From Felis catus (Eukaryota): 64,000 nucleotides of DNA. The position numbers and the translations under genes are program-made. Shown here piece after piece: positions 10,593 through 22,979 of this stretch. Every line of letters starts with the position of its first letter. Position 1 is the stretch's first letter. The notes below the pieces were generated by a model, which ran no database searches, was not told the origin of the DNA, and saw nothing but the letters and a program-made list of their open reading frames with translations. The DNA lies in the NCBI RefSeq assembly GCF_018350175.1, contig NC_058368.1, positions 225,124,001 through 225,188,000 of the forward strand, in the 5' to 3' direction.

Positions 10593-13500
10593 CACCAGCT
10601 ACCAATGGTTGACAAAGAGATTAAGGGCAGAAAATTGTAGACTTCCCTTTCAATCCCAGCAGCAATGCATACAGAGAAAAAGGTATTTTATGACAACTAC
10701 AGATAGCTATCAAATAATCATACTCACTTAACTTGAACAATGAGCCTGCCATATTTACTATGGATTCCCAATAGTTGCCATTCCTTGCTTGTCCTTCTTA
10801 GGTCCTTCTTTTCTTCTAATAAAGTTTATTATTTAGCATTAAGGAAGAAAGTTTATTATTTAGCGTTACGAAATACTGAGATTTATATTATTTACTCTGT
10901 AAGTAAATTTTTAATTAAAAAAATTAATCTAATATTCTGTTTAGTAGCTAATATTTGGGGGAAGTAGAAAAACAAAGAATAACATTACCATAATCCTGGA
11001 AAAATTATGAGGCATATTCCGATAACTTCCTTCTTTTATAGGTAATCTAGCTTCTGTGTAAAGCTTGATTTTTTTTTTTTTAAGATAAACATGCCTGGTA
11101 ATCAATCTCTGAATTAAGTAGAGAATAATGAGCTTCTGTGTCTACAAAAGGTGCTCAACCAAGTCTTCAACATAAGCAAGAGTTTTCCAAGGAAATAGTT
11201 ATGAAAATACAAGCCAGTGCTACAAAAATGGCCAGCCAGATTACTGAAGGCGACCCTGATCTCAGATACGCTTCTGTATTGTCATATTCTGTGTGTCCGT
11301 TTTTAATTTAGCCAACACGGGATTCTGGAAATGGCGGGGGGAGCCCTCACGCTGAATCATGGATTAATCCATCTGACCACAAAGGACCCGAGGGTGGGAG
11401 ACGTTTGCCGCCTTGCTCAGAGTGACACAGCAGGTTTGTGTAACAGCCAGAGCTCTGAACTCCTATCTAGGTTCCTTCCTGAATTTGCAAAGTACCGCCC
11501 ATTCCTGAGGATAGATAACCCGTGAAATGTTCGCCGCTGTAGAACCTGACTCTCAACCACCTCGGTAACCAGCTCTTTTCCTCATTAAGAGAAAAGTGGG
11601 CTGGAGGAAGAGCATGGAAGGAAGATTTCTACCAGTCTGTCTCCAGTTCCCAGGGCAGAAAAGCCTGTATTGTTTTATCATTATTTTCTAGATTTCCAGG
11701 CAATAGGTTATAAACTTGATAAAGTCAGTGTGCCTTACATTTCGGTAATATCCATGATCCCTCTGTTCCTTTCACCTTTCAAATGGAGTCTTTTCCAGCC
11801 ACAAGCCAAGAGAAATGCCTGAAGCCCTGATCTACCCATACGGCGGGGGGCAGAGGCATATTCCCAGGCAAATTCCCAGCATTTCCATCCAGAGGCGCTG
11901 CCAAATGAACATTTAGGGCAGCTCTGAGAGAAAGAGGAGGTCCCAGGAGTACACTCTGAACGCTGAATGGAAAATTGTGAAAGAAACTCAGCATGCAGCT
12001 AGGCGTACAACCTTGGCCTTTCTCCACAAAGCTGTCTTCTCACCTCGCTCTCCGTGCAGAAACCTACAGCTGCCTGTGGGTTCCTTGTGCGAACCTCGGT
12101 CTATTTCTTCTCACCCCAAATCAGCTAGTGTTCCAAGATGAAGCCAGAGTCCTCGACCCCCAGTCCACATCAGGTGGCTCATCTGTCCCTCCTGGGCACT
12201 GTCCAAGAAGGGAGGCCGGTCTGTGTCACCTCCTACTTAATTCTAGAAGGCTCCATCAGGTCCTTGGTCCCAGAGGGCACCTGGTGACCAGTGTCAGAAA
12301 TACACGTATCATTCCTTTCTTGTCTCTGTGTTCTTAGGGACTAAGAAGTCCTTCCTTTCTTTCACACGTCTCCGTCACGATCTCCAAGAAGCAGCGGCAA
12401 AGACAGCATTAGACACTGGAGGGATTTGGGGGGACTGGAAGAAGGGGAGACACCTTTGAAGGATAAAGAGAAGGGGAGAGAGAGCAGAGCCATTTTGGCA
12501 AGCCCTCAGCCTGAGCTGCGGTTCTCATACCGGAGAAGGACGCGGGCTTTGGGATTTGGCAGGAGGAACCTCAGCCTACAGCCAGCTCTGAGAACACCTT
12601 GTTCCAGGTGACAGTGAGCCCCCGGGGCAGGGCTTATCCGTTAAAAGACACCTACCTTCTGCAGGAATGAACTGCTTCCCCAACCTCCTTCCTGACGCAG
12701 ATTTTCTTGAAGGGATTGTGAGCACCATAGCTCACGGCACCACACGCATGCATCTTCTACCTTGTTATTTGGTTAGCTCTGGAATAAAGTTCCCCCACAT
12801 GAAAGGAAGCAATTCCGCATCTCGAGGAGGAAATAGCATGAACAGTATATGATGCAGGCATACTGGCAGTGCTTTTTAATTTTGCGGCTGAGAAAATGAC
12901 TCTTGTTGTGAAATAAGCATATCGTATTTCTTTCTCACAATTCTTGTATTTTAGGGATAGATGGGGGCTTTAGAAATAGCTGAGTCAGTTTATATATGAG
13001 GTCCGATTTCATTTAAACAGGCTTCCTCTCCTACCTCTTAGCCCGTATGTTCTGGAGCAGGGTCCTGATTCTCTCTTCCAGATCCTTCACCCAGACACCA
13101 GATATCGAGGTGGTGTGGTCTGATGGTCCAGATAGACTACCCAGAGGAATTCTAGGACTGGACTTATGTGGCCACCATTCTAGCAAAGGCTCATATATGG
13201 CTTTGATATCTAGTGGATCATTCTGGGTCTCACTTAAATGACCCTCCCTCATAGAATTCTCCATAACTATGCATATTTTATTGAGACAAACTGGACTTAT
13301 CTTTGTCCTGTCTTGCAAATGCTCATGACACTGTCCCTTGTCTTTCCCTCCTCTTGGAATTAAAATCTACCCTCGTATTGTTCCCCTCTGCGTCGCTCTG
13401 AGTACAGCTCATATTGGCTTGAGTGCTGCATTTTTTACATAGCCTAGAGTATATATGTTTTCCAAGTACTTTGATCCTCTAAACTGGGCTGCAGTGTTGT

Positions 13501-14375
13501 TTTTTTTTTTTTCCAAAGCTCGGCAGCCTGATTCAAATTGCTTAGAAAGCTTGGAATAGTGGCTTGTTTCTAAGGCACTCTAACACTAAATATGTTCAAT
13601 ACTCCATAATGAACGCTGGAAAGGCTGTTCTTGCTTTTTTTGGCACAGGATAACTGGGACAATCAGATCATGTATTCAGTTGGCATTGCATCAGAACAGA
13701 TCTGCTTCTTTAACCTAGAAAGGAAAGAGGAATATCATACTAATTGACCCGAAAGCTAGAACATGTGTTCGTTTCCTGCATTCGATAGCATTCTCATTGT
13801 TAATGTAGAGCTCCAGACACCTATTCATAGAATACTACATTTCAGAACAAGGACAAGTCATGACAAAAACCCCCTACCCCTTACTCCCGTGTTTACTCGT
13901 CCAGTTTAGTCTAACATAGCTACTGAACTTTGAACTATGCTCTTTCTTCCTCCAACTTTCACTTGTTCCTGAAGATTTTTAGGCCGTTCAAAAACTGGTG
14001 AGTACTTTCTAGTTACTGGTATTTTAGCTTATATTATAATGTAAGTCCCGTGAGAGTCAGGACTTGGCTTTGTTTATTACTGTTCCTTCCATACTATGGA
14101 GAAGTGCTACTTAGCGCCAGAAAACTCATCATCATCATTCCCAGGAGTGACTGCGGTTTGGAGAGCAATCCTAGTCAGATACTAGATAATGATAGCCAGC
14201 ATGTTAATTGAGGGTTTATTATATTGATAGCTGCTCATATCTTTATATATTTATATCTGTATAAAGAGAGAGACAGACATGCATATCTTTGTGTTCCTAT
14301 CTAGATATAGACATGTTGTAGCTATCTATATCTATCCATCTCGCATATATATATATGTATATATATATACACACA

Positions 14376-15225
14376 CAATTGATTCTCATTATCCATAGTT
14401 CTTATATTCTCTAAAGTCACCACAAACACCAAATTAGCAAATACTGAACCACGGCTCCTGGAGGAAATAGGGCTTTAAGTTCCTTCAAGCATCGGCTCAC
14501 ATTTTCATCAACTGGTCAACACACAGCCTTGTTTCTGTTTAATATATGTCATTGATTCAGGGGTGCCTGCGTGCCTCAGTCTGTGAAGCGTCCAACTCTT
14601 GATTTCGACTCAGGTCATGATTTCACTGTTAGTGAGTTCAAGCCCCTCACCAGGCTCTGTGCCGACAGCTTGGGATTCTCTCTCTTCCTCTCTCTCTTCC
14701 CCTCCCTCTCCTTCTCATTCTCCTTCAAAAATAAATAAATAAACATTAATACATATGTATATATATGTATGTGTATATATATATATATATATATATCATT
14801 GATTCATTAACATTAAACTCACAGCCAACAGCACTGTAAACAAAGTATATTTAACATGTTTTTTTTTTTTCTTCTTAAGACATGTTGCAGCCTCCTTGCA
14901 CTTAGGAAAGACTTTAGCACTACACTTGGGGACCATTCTAAATAACAAAGTCACCCAAAGCAGCACCGAAGTGTAAAAAATGTGGCATTAAGTATATCGA
15001 GAAAAGGATACTTCTTTACATCATGAAAGCTAAAACAAGAAGCCAGAGGGTCACTTTGTCCAAACTCACTGGGAACACGGGTACCAGGTGATCCAAAGGT
15101 TCTTCCACTCTGTGCATGTCTGCAAATGGCCACAAAGGTACCATGAGTATTGATGTGGAGGTGACAAATTTGAGCAAGTGGGAAAATTCACGAACACGGA
15201 ATCCACAAATAATGAGGACTGACTC
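14376..15225 (-). mobile_element. MER82-like TcMar-Tigger DNA transposon, interrupted by a SINE
   Basis: Imperfect terminal inverted repeats caattgattctcattatcc / ataatgaggactgactc; internal cttgcacttagg, gcactacacttgggg, gctaaaacaagaag match the MER82 consensus as remembered. Confidence 0.8.
14560..14795 (+). mobile_element. Carnivore SINE inserted in MER82; tail followed by (TA)n
   Basis: ggggtgcctgcgtgcctcagtc head; TSD tcattgattca at 14549-14559 and 14796-14806. Confidence 0.92.
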
Positions 15226-15574
15226 CACACGTAAACACACACATACATTTAAATCCACGTCCACGTGCGTGAGAGCTATGCGTATCTACTTCCTTCCAAA
15301 GAGCACAGGCTTCCAGTGTTGCCCCAGCGCTGAAGGCAGTCTCACCTTCACTGGTCGATTCCTGAACGATTTCCTCACGGAGAAGCATCCTGTTATGCTG
15401 GAAATACATCAACGCAAGATTCGAGAGACTTTGAATTACTGCCCGAATTCTCACATATACGGTTGGACAAGTCGCAGACGTCTAATCCTCAGATTGCTTG
15501 CTTTCTGCAAAACTCAGGCCAGAGCGCCCTTTTGTCATTATAAACTCACCGAATTGTGGCTACGCACACAGGTT

Positions 15575-15735
15575 CTGTAGACTAAATTCAGATCCTAACG
15601 CCGCCATTCACGAGCTGTGTGAACCTAAATAATTTGGCCTCCTTCAGCTTTCATATCCTCATCTATAAAATAAGGATAATGGTAGTGCTTACATCCTTCA
15701 GTTTTTATGAGGATTCAATTACATAAATGGGTCCA
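15575..15735 (+). mobile_element. MIR SINE fragment
   Basis: agctgtgtgaacct...tcctcatctataaaataaggataatggtag...tgaggatt core. Confidence 0.8.
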
Positions 15736-16779
15736 GTAGCTATACTGAAACAGCCCATACGTGTCAGAGATTCATAATAAAAACAATAACAGTAAGACTG
15801 CTGCTTTTGGAAGTAGAGCGGTTCAGAACATCGTCTCTCTCAGACAAGTCTTGGTGGAACAGCACAAAGATCTCTAGATTTCTCCTTTTTCTGGTTCTGT
15901 GGCTTCTCAATCCACCCGTTGGATACATTTTCTTTAAATATATTGGTACATTTAATTAACTCGGAGAGTTGAGTCTCACTAGCCTAGGAGTCATTTTTCC
16001 CTTAATGAGTATCAATGCAACCTCTGGTCCCTTATAACCCGGTTTTATAGTGTATTGAGAGGGCCTGCTCATTTAAGGCCACATTCTTAAGAGACTAATC
16101 ATAGTTCCCAGTGTTAGTTATATGCTCTGACTGGAGAATTTCTGTGGTTTCTCGGAGTACATACATAATGCTATGATTAGATCTCAGTTATATGTATACC
16201 AAATATCCACATATAGATCTTTTAAAAAGGTCTAAAAAGAGATAAACCAACTAAGGAAAATGATGGACCAGGCTTTCACCACTAAAAATTGAATAAAAAT
16301 GTTAAGCACACCCATTGCTTTACAGACAAAGGCAGGTGAAAATGTATTGTGTCATTATGGGCCTTTATTCAGTATCTAATTTCTATAAAGATTTAAACAC
16401 CCGTATAGCAACCACGAGCAAGCAAAAATTAGAATGTCGGTAATAAACTGAGCCCCATACCCCTGAGCCCCTTCCCACTCAACAAGACCGCGAAATATGC
16501 AAAAGGTTAATATAAATTATCCTCTTATAAAGAGCAGGAAAACAAATTTGATGATCAGTAACTTGTCTGAAGTTATAGTGAGGTAAACAAACATTCAATG
16601 ATAAGGGAAACAGAGGGTAATACAGGGAAATTCATTCCCAGAACTTGTTGGACAAACCATGAGAGAGCAGTCCAGAGGGTTATGAGAGAAATAGGGCTTT
16701 AAATAAGAGGAGGACAAGTCTTCATAATGGGTAACGTATGTTATTACTTCACAGTGTATGTATTTATTTCCCAAATTAT

Positions 16780-16880
16780 AACCATGTGGAAAGACAGCAG
16801 AGCCAGGAAAACACTGGGCTTTGAATCGAAAAACCTGGGTTTAAATATCTGCCATTACTTACTAATCAAATGTGAGCCTG
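16780..16880 (+). mobile_element. MIR 5' fragment
   Basis: aacactgggctttgaatcgaaaaacctgggtttaaat...tgccattacttact. Confidence 0.65.
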
Positions 16881-16904
16881 GGAATGAGTCAGAAAAATGT
16901 TAAA

Positions 16905-17360
16905 ATGTATCAGTTAGAATTCAGCTGCCAGTAGAAGTTTAAGCAATTACCTCACAGATGATGAAACCAGAAGTAAGTAGTTCCAAATTTGGCAACAAAG
17001 GTAACGAAATGATCCTCGGAGAACTAGGTTCATTTCTTTTTCCTATCTTTCCTTCTACCCTTTAAGATCCTTTCTCCATCTTCCATCATCCTAAATAGGA
17101 TGACCTTTAGGCCTTGGGTGTTTTGTCTCACGATCCTAATAAAGATGGCTGCCATAGGTCCAACTATCCTTTTCCCACATAACCACCTTCAGGGCAGGAA
17201 GATAGAAAGGACAGAACCCAGGAGCTCTCCTCTCGCACTTGACGTTTTCCCGGGAAAGCAAACTCTTTCCTAGAGGCTCCCAAGTGGAATTCTAACATCT
17301 CATTGGCCAGAACACATCATTCTGTCACATGGTTACCTTCGCAGCAAGGGTAATCATTTT
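16905..17360 (-). mobile_element. Old MaLR LTR (MLT1J/K-like)
   Basis: tgtatcagttag start, aagatggctgcc, catctcattggccagaac...gtcacatgg motifs. Confidence 0.6.
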
Positions 17361-17580
17361 TCAATCCTCAAGAACTTCTCAAGGAAGGAGGGAGAATGAT
17401 TCAATTGCTTGATACTCAAGTAACAGTGCCCATCAAGGATACATCTTGTCATAAATGTGATTTAATTGTGTTAATTTATGTGATTATGTTAATTTGCGAT
17501 CTATACATGTATACATACAGTCACATAAAATAGTTGGGATCCTTCTGCCCTTCTGGAAGTTTAGTGGAACAAAGTAGATA

Positions 17581-17610
17581 CGATCAAAGGGAGCTTCCTA
17601 CCTTTGATCG
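17581..17610. promoter_or_regulatory. Inverted pair of consensus TCF/LEF sites
   Basis: CGATCAAAGG-N10-CCTTTGATCG; the arms are exact reverse complements and each contains the TCF/LEF consensus CCTTTGATC. Function not shown. Confidence 0.4.
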
Positions 17611-17657
17611 CTCAGAAAGAATGCGGTATTTTAAGATTATTTTAAAACTGAATTTGC

Positions 17658-17885
17658 GGGGCGCCTGGGTGGCGCAGTCGGTTAAGCGTCCGACTTCAGC
17701 CAGGTCACGATCTCGCGGTCCGGGAGTTCGAGCCCCGCTTCAGGCTCTGGGCTGATGGCTCGGAGCCTGGAGCCTGTTTCCGATTCTGTGTCTCCCTCTC
17801 TCTCTGCCCCTCCCCCGTTCATGCTCTGTCTCTCTCTGTCCCAAAAATAAATAAACGTTGAAAAAAGAAATTAAAAAAAAAAAAA
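17658..17885 (+). mobile_element. Young feline SINE
   Basis: ggggcgcctgggtggcgcagtcggttaagcgtccgacttcagccaggtcacgatctcgcggtcc with intact CpGs; TSD aaaactgaa. Confidence 0.97.
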
Positions 17886-17930
17886 CTGAACTTACTAACA
17901 AAAAAATTACTCTTAAATGTGCCTTAGACT

Positions 17931-18151
17931 GGGGTGCCTGGGTGGCTCAGTCGGTTAAGCGTCCGACTTCAGCTCAGGTCACGATCTCGCGGTCCGCGAG
18001 TTCGAGCCCGGCGTCGGGCTCTGGGCTGACGGCTCTGAGCCTGGAGCCTGCTTCGGATTCTGTGTCTCCCTCTCTCTCTGCCCCTCCCCCATTCATGCTC
18101 TGTCTCTCTCTGTCTCAAAAATAAATAAACGTTAAAAAAAATTTTTTTTAA
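17931..18151 (+). mobile_element. Feline SINE
   Basis: Full head-(CT)n-tail structure; perfect TSD aaatgtgccttagact at 17915-17930 and 18152-18167. Confidence 0.97.
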
Positions 18152-19660
18152 AAATGTGCCTTAGACTTTGTACCTGTGTTTAAAAATAATAAAACTACAA
18201 ATGTAATAATCATAATTTTAGTCTTACGGGTCTTCACAGAATTTGTAACAGTCACTGGAGTTTTACTAAACCTGCAATTAAAGCCATTTTTAGCTTTATT
18301 GTTAAAACTGGTCACATTTTTTCATTGTTACTTTTAAAATTTGTTAGAGGAAATGGATAACCCTTAACCAAAGTAATTTGGGGTGTAACCTGAACTTTTT
18401 CTCATTCCAACTCAGACTGTTTGTGGCGGTGAAGGAAATTAATGCAAACTGTCAAAAAGGTACACAGCTAATGAGCTCAATTTCTTCTTGGAATGCGTAA
18501 AATTCTCTTCCTCTTCCAAAAGGGAAAAATTATACACCTCTGCCAGGAGTCATAGTGGTATTCAATACCACAACAGGGATTAGCCTGAATAGTGACTAAA
18601 GACCATTTGTAAAGAAATATGAGACCCAAAAAGAAAACACAGGAAGATGAGTAAAGACAAATTGTTAGTTGTATGAAACATCTAAGAAATACATAAGAAG
18701 AAAACGCAACAACCGAACAAAGTAATTCGGGGACAACGAGTGCCATATTCCTCAGGGATCAATGACAATGCTTCTAAAACATCTAATACATTCTAGGATT
18801 CAAGAACAGGAAGTAAGTACAGGTTAGATGAAGCAGTGGCTGACAGTGGTTAACAATTAATGGTCACACACAGATATCGATTTATTTGTACCTAGCAGTA
18901 CACCTTCTTCTTTTAAGATAATGTACTATAATGTTGCTCTAAAGAGTGGCTTATTTTTGTTGTTGGTTTTTAAAGGAGAAATGTAAGTTAAGCATTAAAA
19001 AAAAAAAAATCTTCCTAACACTCCACACCTACTTGAACAGAGGAGGTTTCCATGAGAAGAGGGAAAAGTTCCTAATGTATTCCCTTTTGTACCTCCAGCA
19101 CGGAACACACAACAGCACTCGGTAACTATGGGTAACTGAGGGAATGCCCTTGAAATCAGGAAATGCAGCTGCACTGTGCTTGAAGGCAAATTGATGGCAA
19201 TAAACCTTCCCTGCTAGGACTGGAGATATTAACATGTAATAACACTGCAAATATCTCAGTACTCCAGGAAAGGGGCCAAAGATGTGGCATCATCAGGATC
19301 CATTTCTCCAGAGAACAGTCACAGCTCTTTACTCAACGTTTAGTAGCCATTTACTGAGCAGCTTACTCACCTGGTATTGTCAGGATCATCATATGGAAAA
19401 TTCATGGACACTTTTCCCTTAAACTCGGACATAACTCACCCCTTAACTCTCAAGAGGAATCAACGGGGCCCTCCCCCTCCACCTCCATGTACACAGAATT
19501 TACAAGACAGAGAGTCTCCCTGCCACCTTCCTATTTCTCTTCCCAATCACACCTCCCCAACCTGGAAATAAAAACAGATTAGCCTCATCAAGTTCTTCAT
19601 CACATCCCTGCCTCCCTCTGTTAGCGGTTGAGAGTTTGAATTTCTAGCTGCCATCTTTCT

Positions 19661-19908
19661 TTTTTTTTTTTTTTTAATTCTTTTTTTTTTTTTTAATTTT
19701 TTTTTCAACGTTTATTTATTTTTGGGACAGAAAGAGACAGAGCATGAACAGGGGAGGGGCAGAGAGAGAGGGAGACACAGAATCGGAAACAGGCTCCAGG
19801 CTCTGAGCCGTCAGCCCAGAGCCCGACGCGAGGCTCGAACTCACGGACCGCGAGATCGTGACCTGGCTGAAGTCGGACGCTTAACCGACTGCGCCACCCA
19901 GGCGCCCC
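19661..19908 (-). mobile_element. Young feline SINE
   Basis: Reverse complement of the same young variant; long T tract; TSD ccatctttctttt. Confidence 0.97.
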
Positions 19909-21009
19909 CCATCTTTCTTTTCTACCTCTACTCCCAAAAACACTGTGTATGACATCCATGTCTGATGACAGGCGATTGATCTTGTACCTGGTATTGAACA
20001 CTTAATACCCTTGATCTCTTCCACCGCAAAAATTTTTCTCCCTAAACCCAACTTAGCCACCCCATTTCATGACAACCATAGGGCTTTATCTTTGTCTCAA
20101 AATCTTTGACTTTAATTGGCCTTTGGTTTCCACCACCCCTAGGCGTGAACTTCTTCACTGTTTGGCCCTAGATTTTAGAACCTAGTTTAAACTCTCATCT
20201 TGGCTCACAGAGCTCTCTGCCTGCTCCTCTTTCTTCCTTCTTCACGTGCGCAAGTAGGCTTTTTTCTTTGCAGGCATCGCAAAAGACTTACGTTTCCCAC
20301 GTAGCTTCAAACTTCTTAGGTGGTGGTGTACTTTCCACCCTGCTTTTTCTCCTTTGGTTTACTCCTGCTCAGTCCCCCAAAACCTCTCTGAAAGCAAGTA
20401 TTGCTGTTAGAACCCTTTCTGTGCCCCACCTGCCGCGTCTCGTTTATTTGTTCTTCCTCCAGGTTCCCAGAACATCCTTTGTAAAACTCTAGCCTACAGG
20501 TCCTAAGGCAGGGAGCTGGATTTGCTCCCGTATGTAACTGTAACACCTAAGGTGATGTTAGGAAGACAGCCTCTAGTTCAAGCCTTGAGGATGCTTTCCA
20601 CAAACTGTTGAGAACCGACTCTACAGAAACTGGAAAATAGCACTTAGGTCCACATTTCAATTTTTCCTACAACAGCTTTCTATTAGTCTGCCAATACCTT
20701 TAGCTATTATTCTCCTCTGGATAGAGATTACCTTGTATTCTCTTACGAAAGATAAACACTGCGCTGTTACCGCACGGTGATGACAGACAATATTTAAAAG
20801 TTGAATAAAGTGGATCAAATAAAGCTGAACTTTCGAGCTGAAAGAGGGAAGGGAAAATGGGAGCAAGCAAACATTCCTATAAGCCTTAAAAGTCCACAAA
20901 CATAATTATTTCTGTTTCTGGGGGTGGGACGGGTTCTGCAAAATATCAGGAGGCTCACCACTTGGTTAACATTTTAGTTATCGATCAATTATTTAAAACA
21001 AGAAATTTT

Positions 21010-21231
21010 GGGGCGCCTGGGTGGCGCAGTCGGTTAAGCGTCCGACTTCAGCCAGGTCACGATCTCGCGGTCCGTGAGTTCGAGCCCCGCGTCAGGCTCT
21101 GGGCTGACAGCTCAGAGCCTGGAGCCTGTTTCCGATTCTGTGTCTCCCTCTCTCTCTGCCCCTCCCCTGTTCATGCTCTGTCTCTCTCTGTCCCAAAAAT
21201 AAATAAAACGTTGAAAAAAAATTAAAAAAAA
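21010..21231 (+). mobile_element. Young feline SINE
   Basis: Same young variant; TSD aaa(a/c)caagaaatttt. Confidence 0.97.
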
Positions 21232-21509
21232 AACCAAGAAATTTTACCTTGGTGTCTTTTTCACATAAGAAGCAAAACGGGTCTTCAGAATTATCATATG
21301 ATGATAATATGAGAAAAAAAAGAATTTATCAACATCATCCAACCCACATGTAACTATGTTGCTATTAAACAGATGTGACCCACAGATATGGGTGACTCTT
21401 GCCACGGAAACATCAGTACTTTAAAGGAGAATTCTAGGTAGTACATGCAACATGTAGAGTCCTCTCTGCGTCCGGGACCCCCTTTGCAATCACCACCAGT
21501 ATCCCGGTG

Positions 21510-21625
21510 GTCAAAAGATTAGAGTTGTAACTTAATCTGCACCATTAACCGTGGAATCCCACGTTAGCTAATTAACCTTCTGGGTGTCGGTTTCCTCACT
21601 GGTAAAATGAGAAGCGATTAGACGA
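21510..21625 (+). mobile_element. MIR fragment
   Basis: ttaaccttctgggtgtcggtttcctcactggtaaaatgag core. Confidence 0.65.
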
Positions 21626-22890
21626 GTCACTTTTCAAACATTTTGTTAATGGACAGAACTCCCTTCTTCTCCCCAAAGGAAACCTTACTGAGAATTCTAA
21701 TACAGAAAATCTAAAACATAACAGCTTTGGTAGAGGCACGATGAAGATTCAGCCTTCTTCGCCTTCTGCCTCCACGCACACCCAGAGCTCTGAGACCAGC
21801 AGTGGAAAAATTCATAGCCCAGAATGACCTTCTGGGTCTTTTCCAATAATGCGGGCAGGGCCTTGGGTGGTCTGGTAAGTAACGATAAAACCGGGGCAGG
21901 TCTGCTAAGCTGAGCACCCACCTTAGTCACCTTAGAAAATAGCACATTTTTCCTCCCTCTAACTCAGGAAGAGGAATGGCAGATTTGTCGGGAAGTGGCC
22001 TGGGAGGAATCTGTCTCCATCTCCCCGACTATGACGTCGACTCCTTGCAAGGCATTTCTGACGGCTCACCTGCCCTGCTCCTCCAAAATCTCCCCCACTG
22101 ACACCGTGGCCTGAACCCATGTAACTTCATCCTCTTCCACCCCCAGGCTCTCAACACCTGCAGCAGATGACTCAGATTCAAGAAACCCGGGTTATTGGCA
22201 CCGGGGGTCTCAGATTCCTCAAGGACAATGGGAGGAACCTTACAACATGTGACCCCAGGGACCCTTTAGGACCTGAATTTTCTAAATCTCCTTCTCTGTC
22301 TTGCTCAATTAAAATAACCCAGGGCTTGGCTTTTGCTCTCACCCACATCCAAAGGTCCAATGCAGATGATACTCAATTTCCTTCACTCTCAATCCCTAAG
22401 AAAGCGTGAGAAAGCAGTTTTCAAAACGAGCTCTAAAGTTGGCTCATTTTAACTCTTTGGGGAAAAAAAAAGAGAGAGAGAGACAGAAAACTTTACTTGG
22501 CTGCTTCTAGCACTTGTTTCAAAATTTGCAAAGGAACGTTCACAGAGCAATTACAGCTGAAAGAAGCTACTAGCCCACAAAATGCCCCCAGTCAGCCGCT
22601 GGTGCCACAGGGATCACTATTATTCTTCCACCTGGGATTCGCTTGTAAAACCCTCACACACACAAATAAACAAATGCCAGAGAGCCGCACACAGAGCTCC
22701 CTCTGAGCTCCAGGAATTATCATTTCCGAGATCTTATCAGTCCACCGTCTAAATGTTTATCTGTTCCTCCGACGTTTGGGCAAACCAGGCATGTGCTTTA
22801 CAAGCCTGTGTTTTAAAAGTAAGAAGCCAAGCGTGGGTTGGCGGGGGGGGGGGGGCCGGGGGGCCCTAGGTGATCTCCATCCGGCCTCAC

Positions 22891-22978
22891 CGCAGGCCTT
22901 CATCCCATGCAGCTTCTCTGGCTCCTTCGAAGCAATCTCTGCGTCCAAAGGAAACAGAGACGAGAAGATGGTGAACAT
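22891..22978 (-). CDS. Candidate alternative first coding exon (MFTIFSSLFPLDAEIASKEPEKLHGMKAC|G); may instead be non-coding
   Basis: ATG at 22978 and an in-frame ATG at 22903; GCG|GTGAGG donor at 22890, phase 1; adjacent to a promoter-like region. Confidence 0.25.
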
Positions 22979-22979
22979 C

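Noticed and set aside
10594..10617. Similarity accagctacca(a/c)tggttga(g)caaag to 38769-38793
   Set aside because: Short match with a mismatch and a gap, no extension into the flanks; compatible with chance
15116..15580. 154-aa ORF
   Set aside because: Begins inside the MER82-like transposon end; no recognisable domain
17658..17730. tRNA-like A-box/B-box sequence
   Set aside because: It is the tRNA-derived head of a SINE, followed by (CT)n, A-tail and TSD; not a tRNA gene
19360..19376. Strong minus-strand donor CAG|GTGAGT
   Set aside because: Sits in an L2-like terminal motif with no convincing partner acceptor; isolated consensus donors are common by chance
17534..21225. Recurrent peptides such as GAWVAQSVKRPTSAQV and GAPGWRSRLSVRLQPG in many ORFs
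   Set aside because: These are SINE translations, not a gene family
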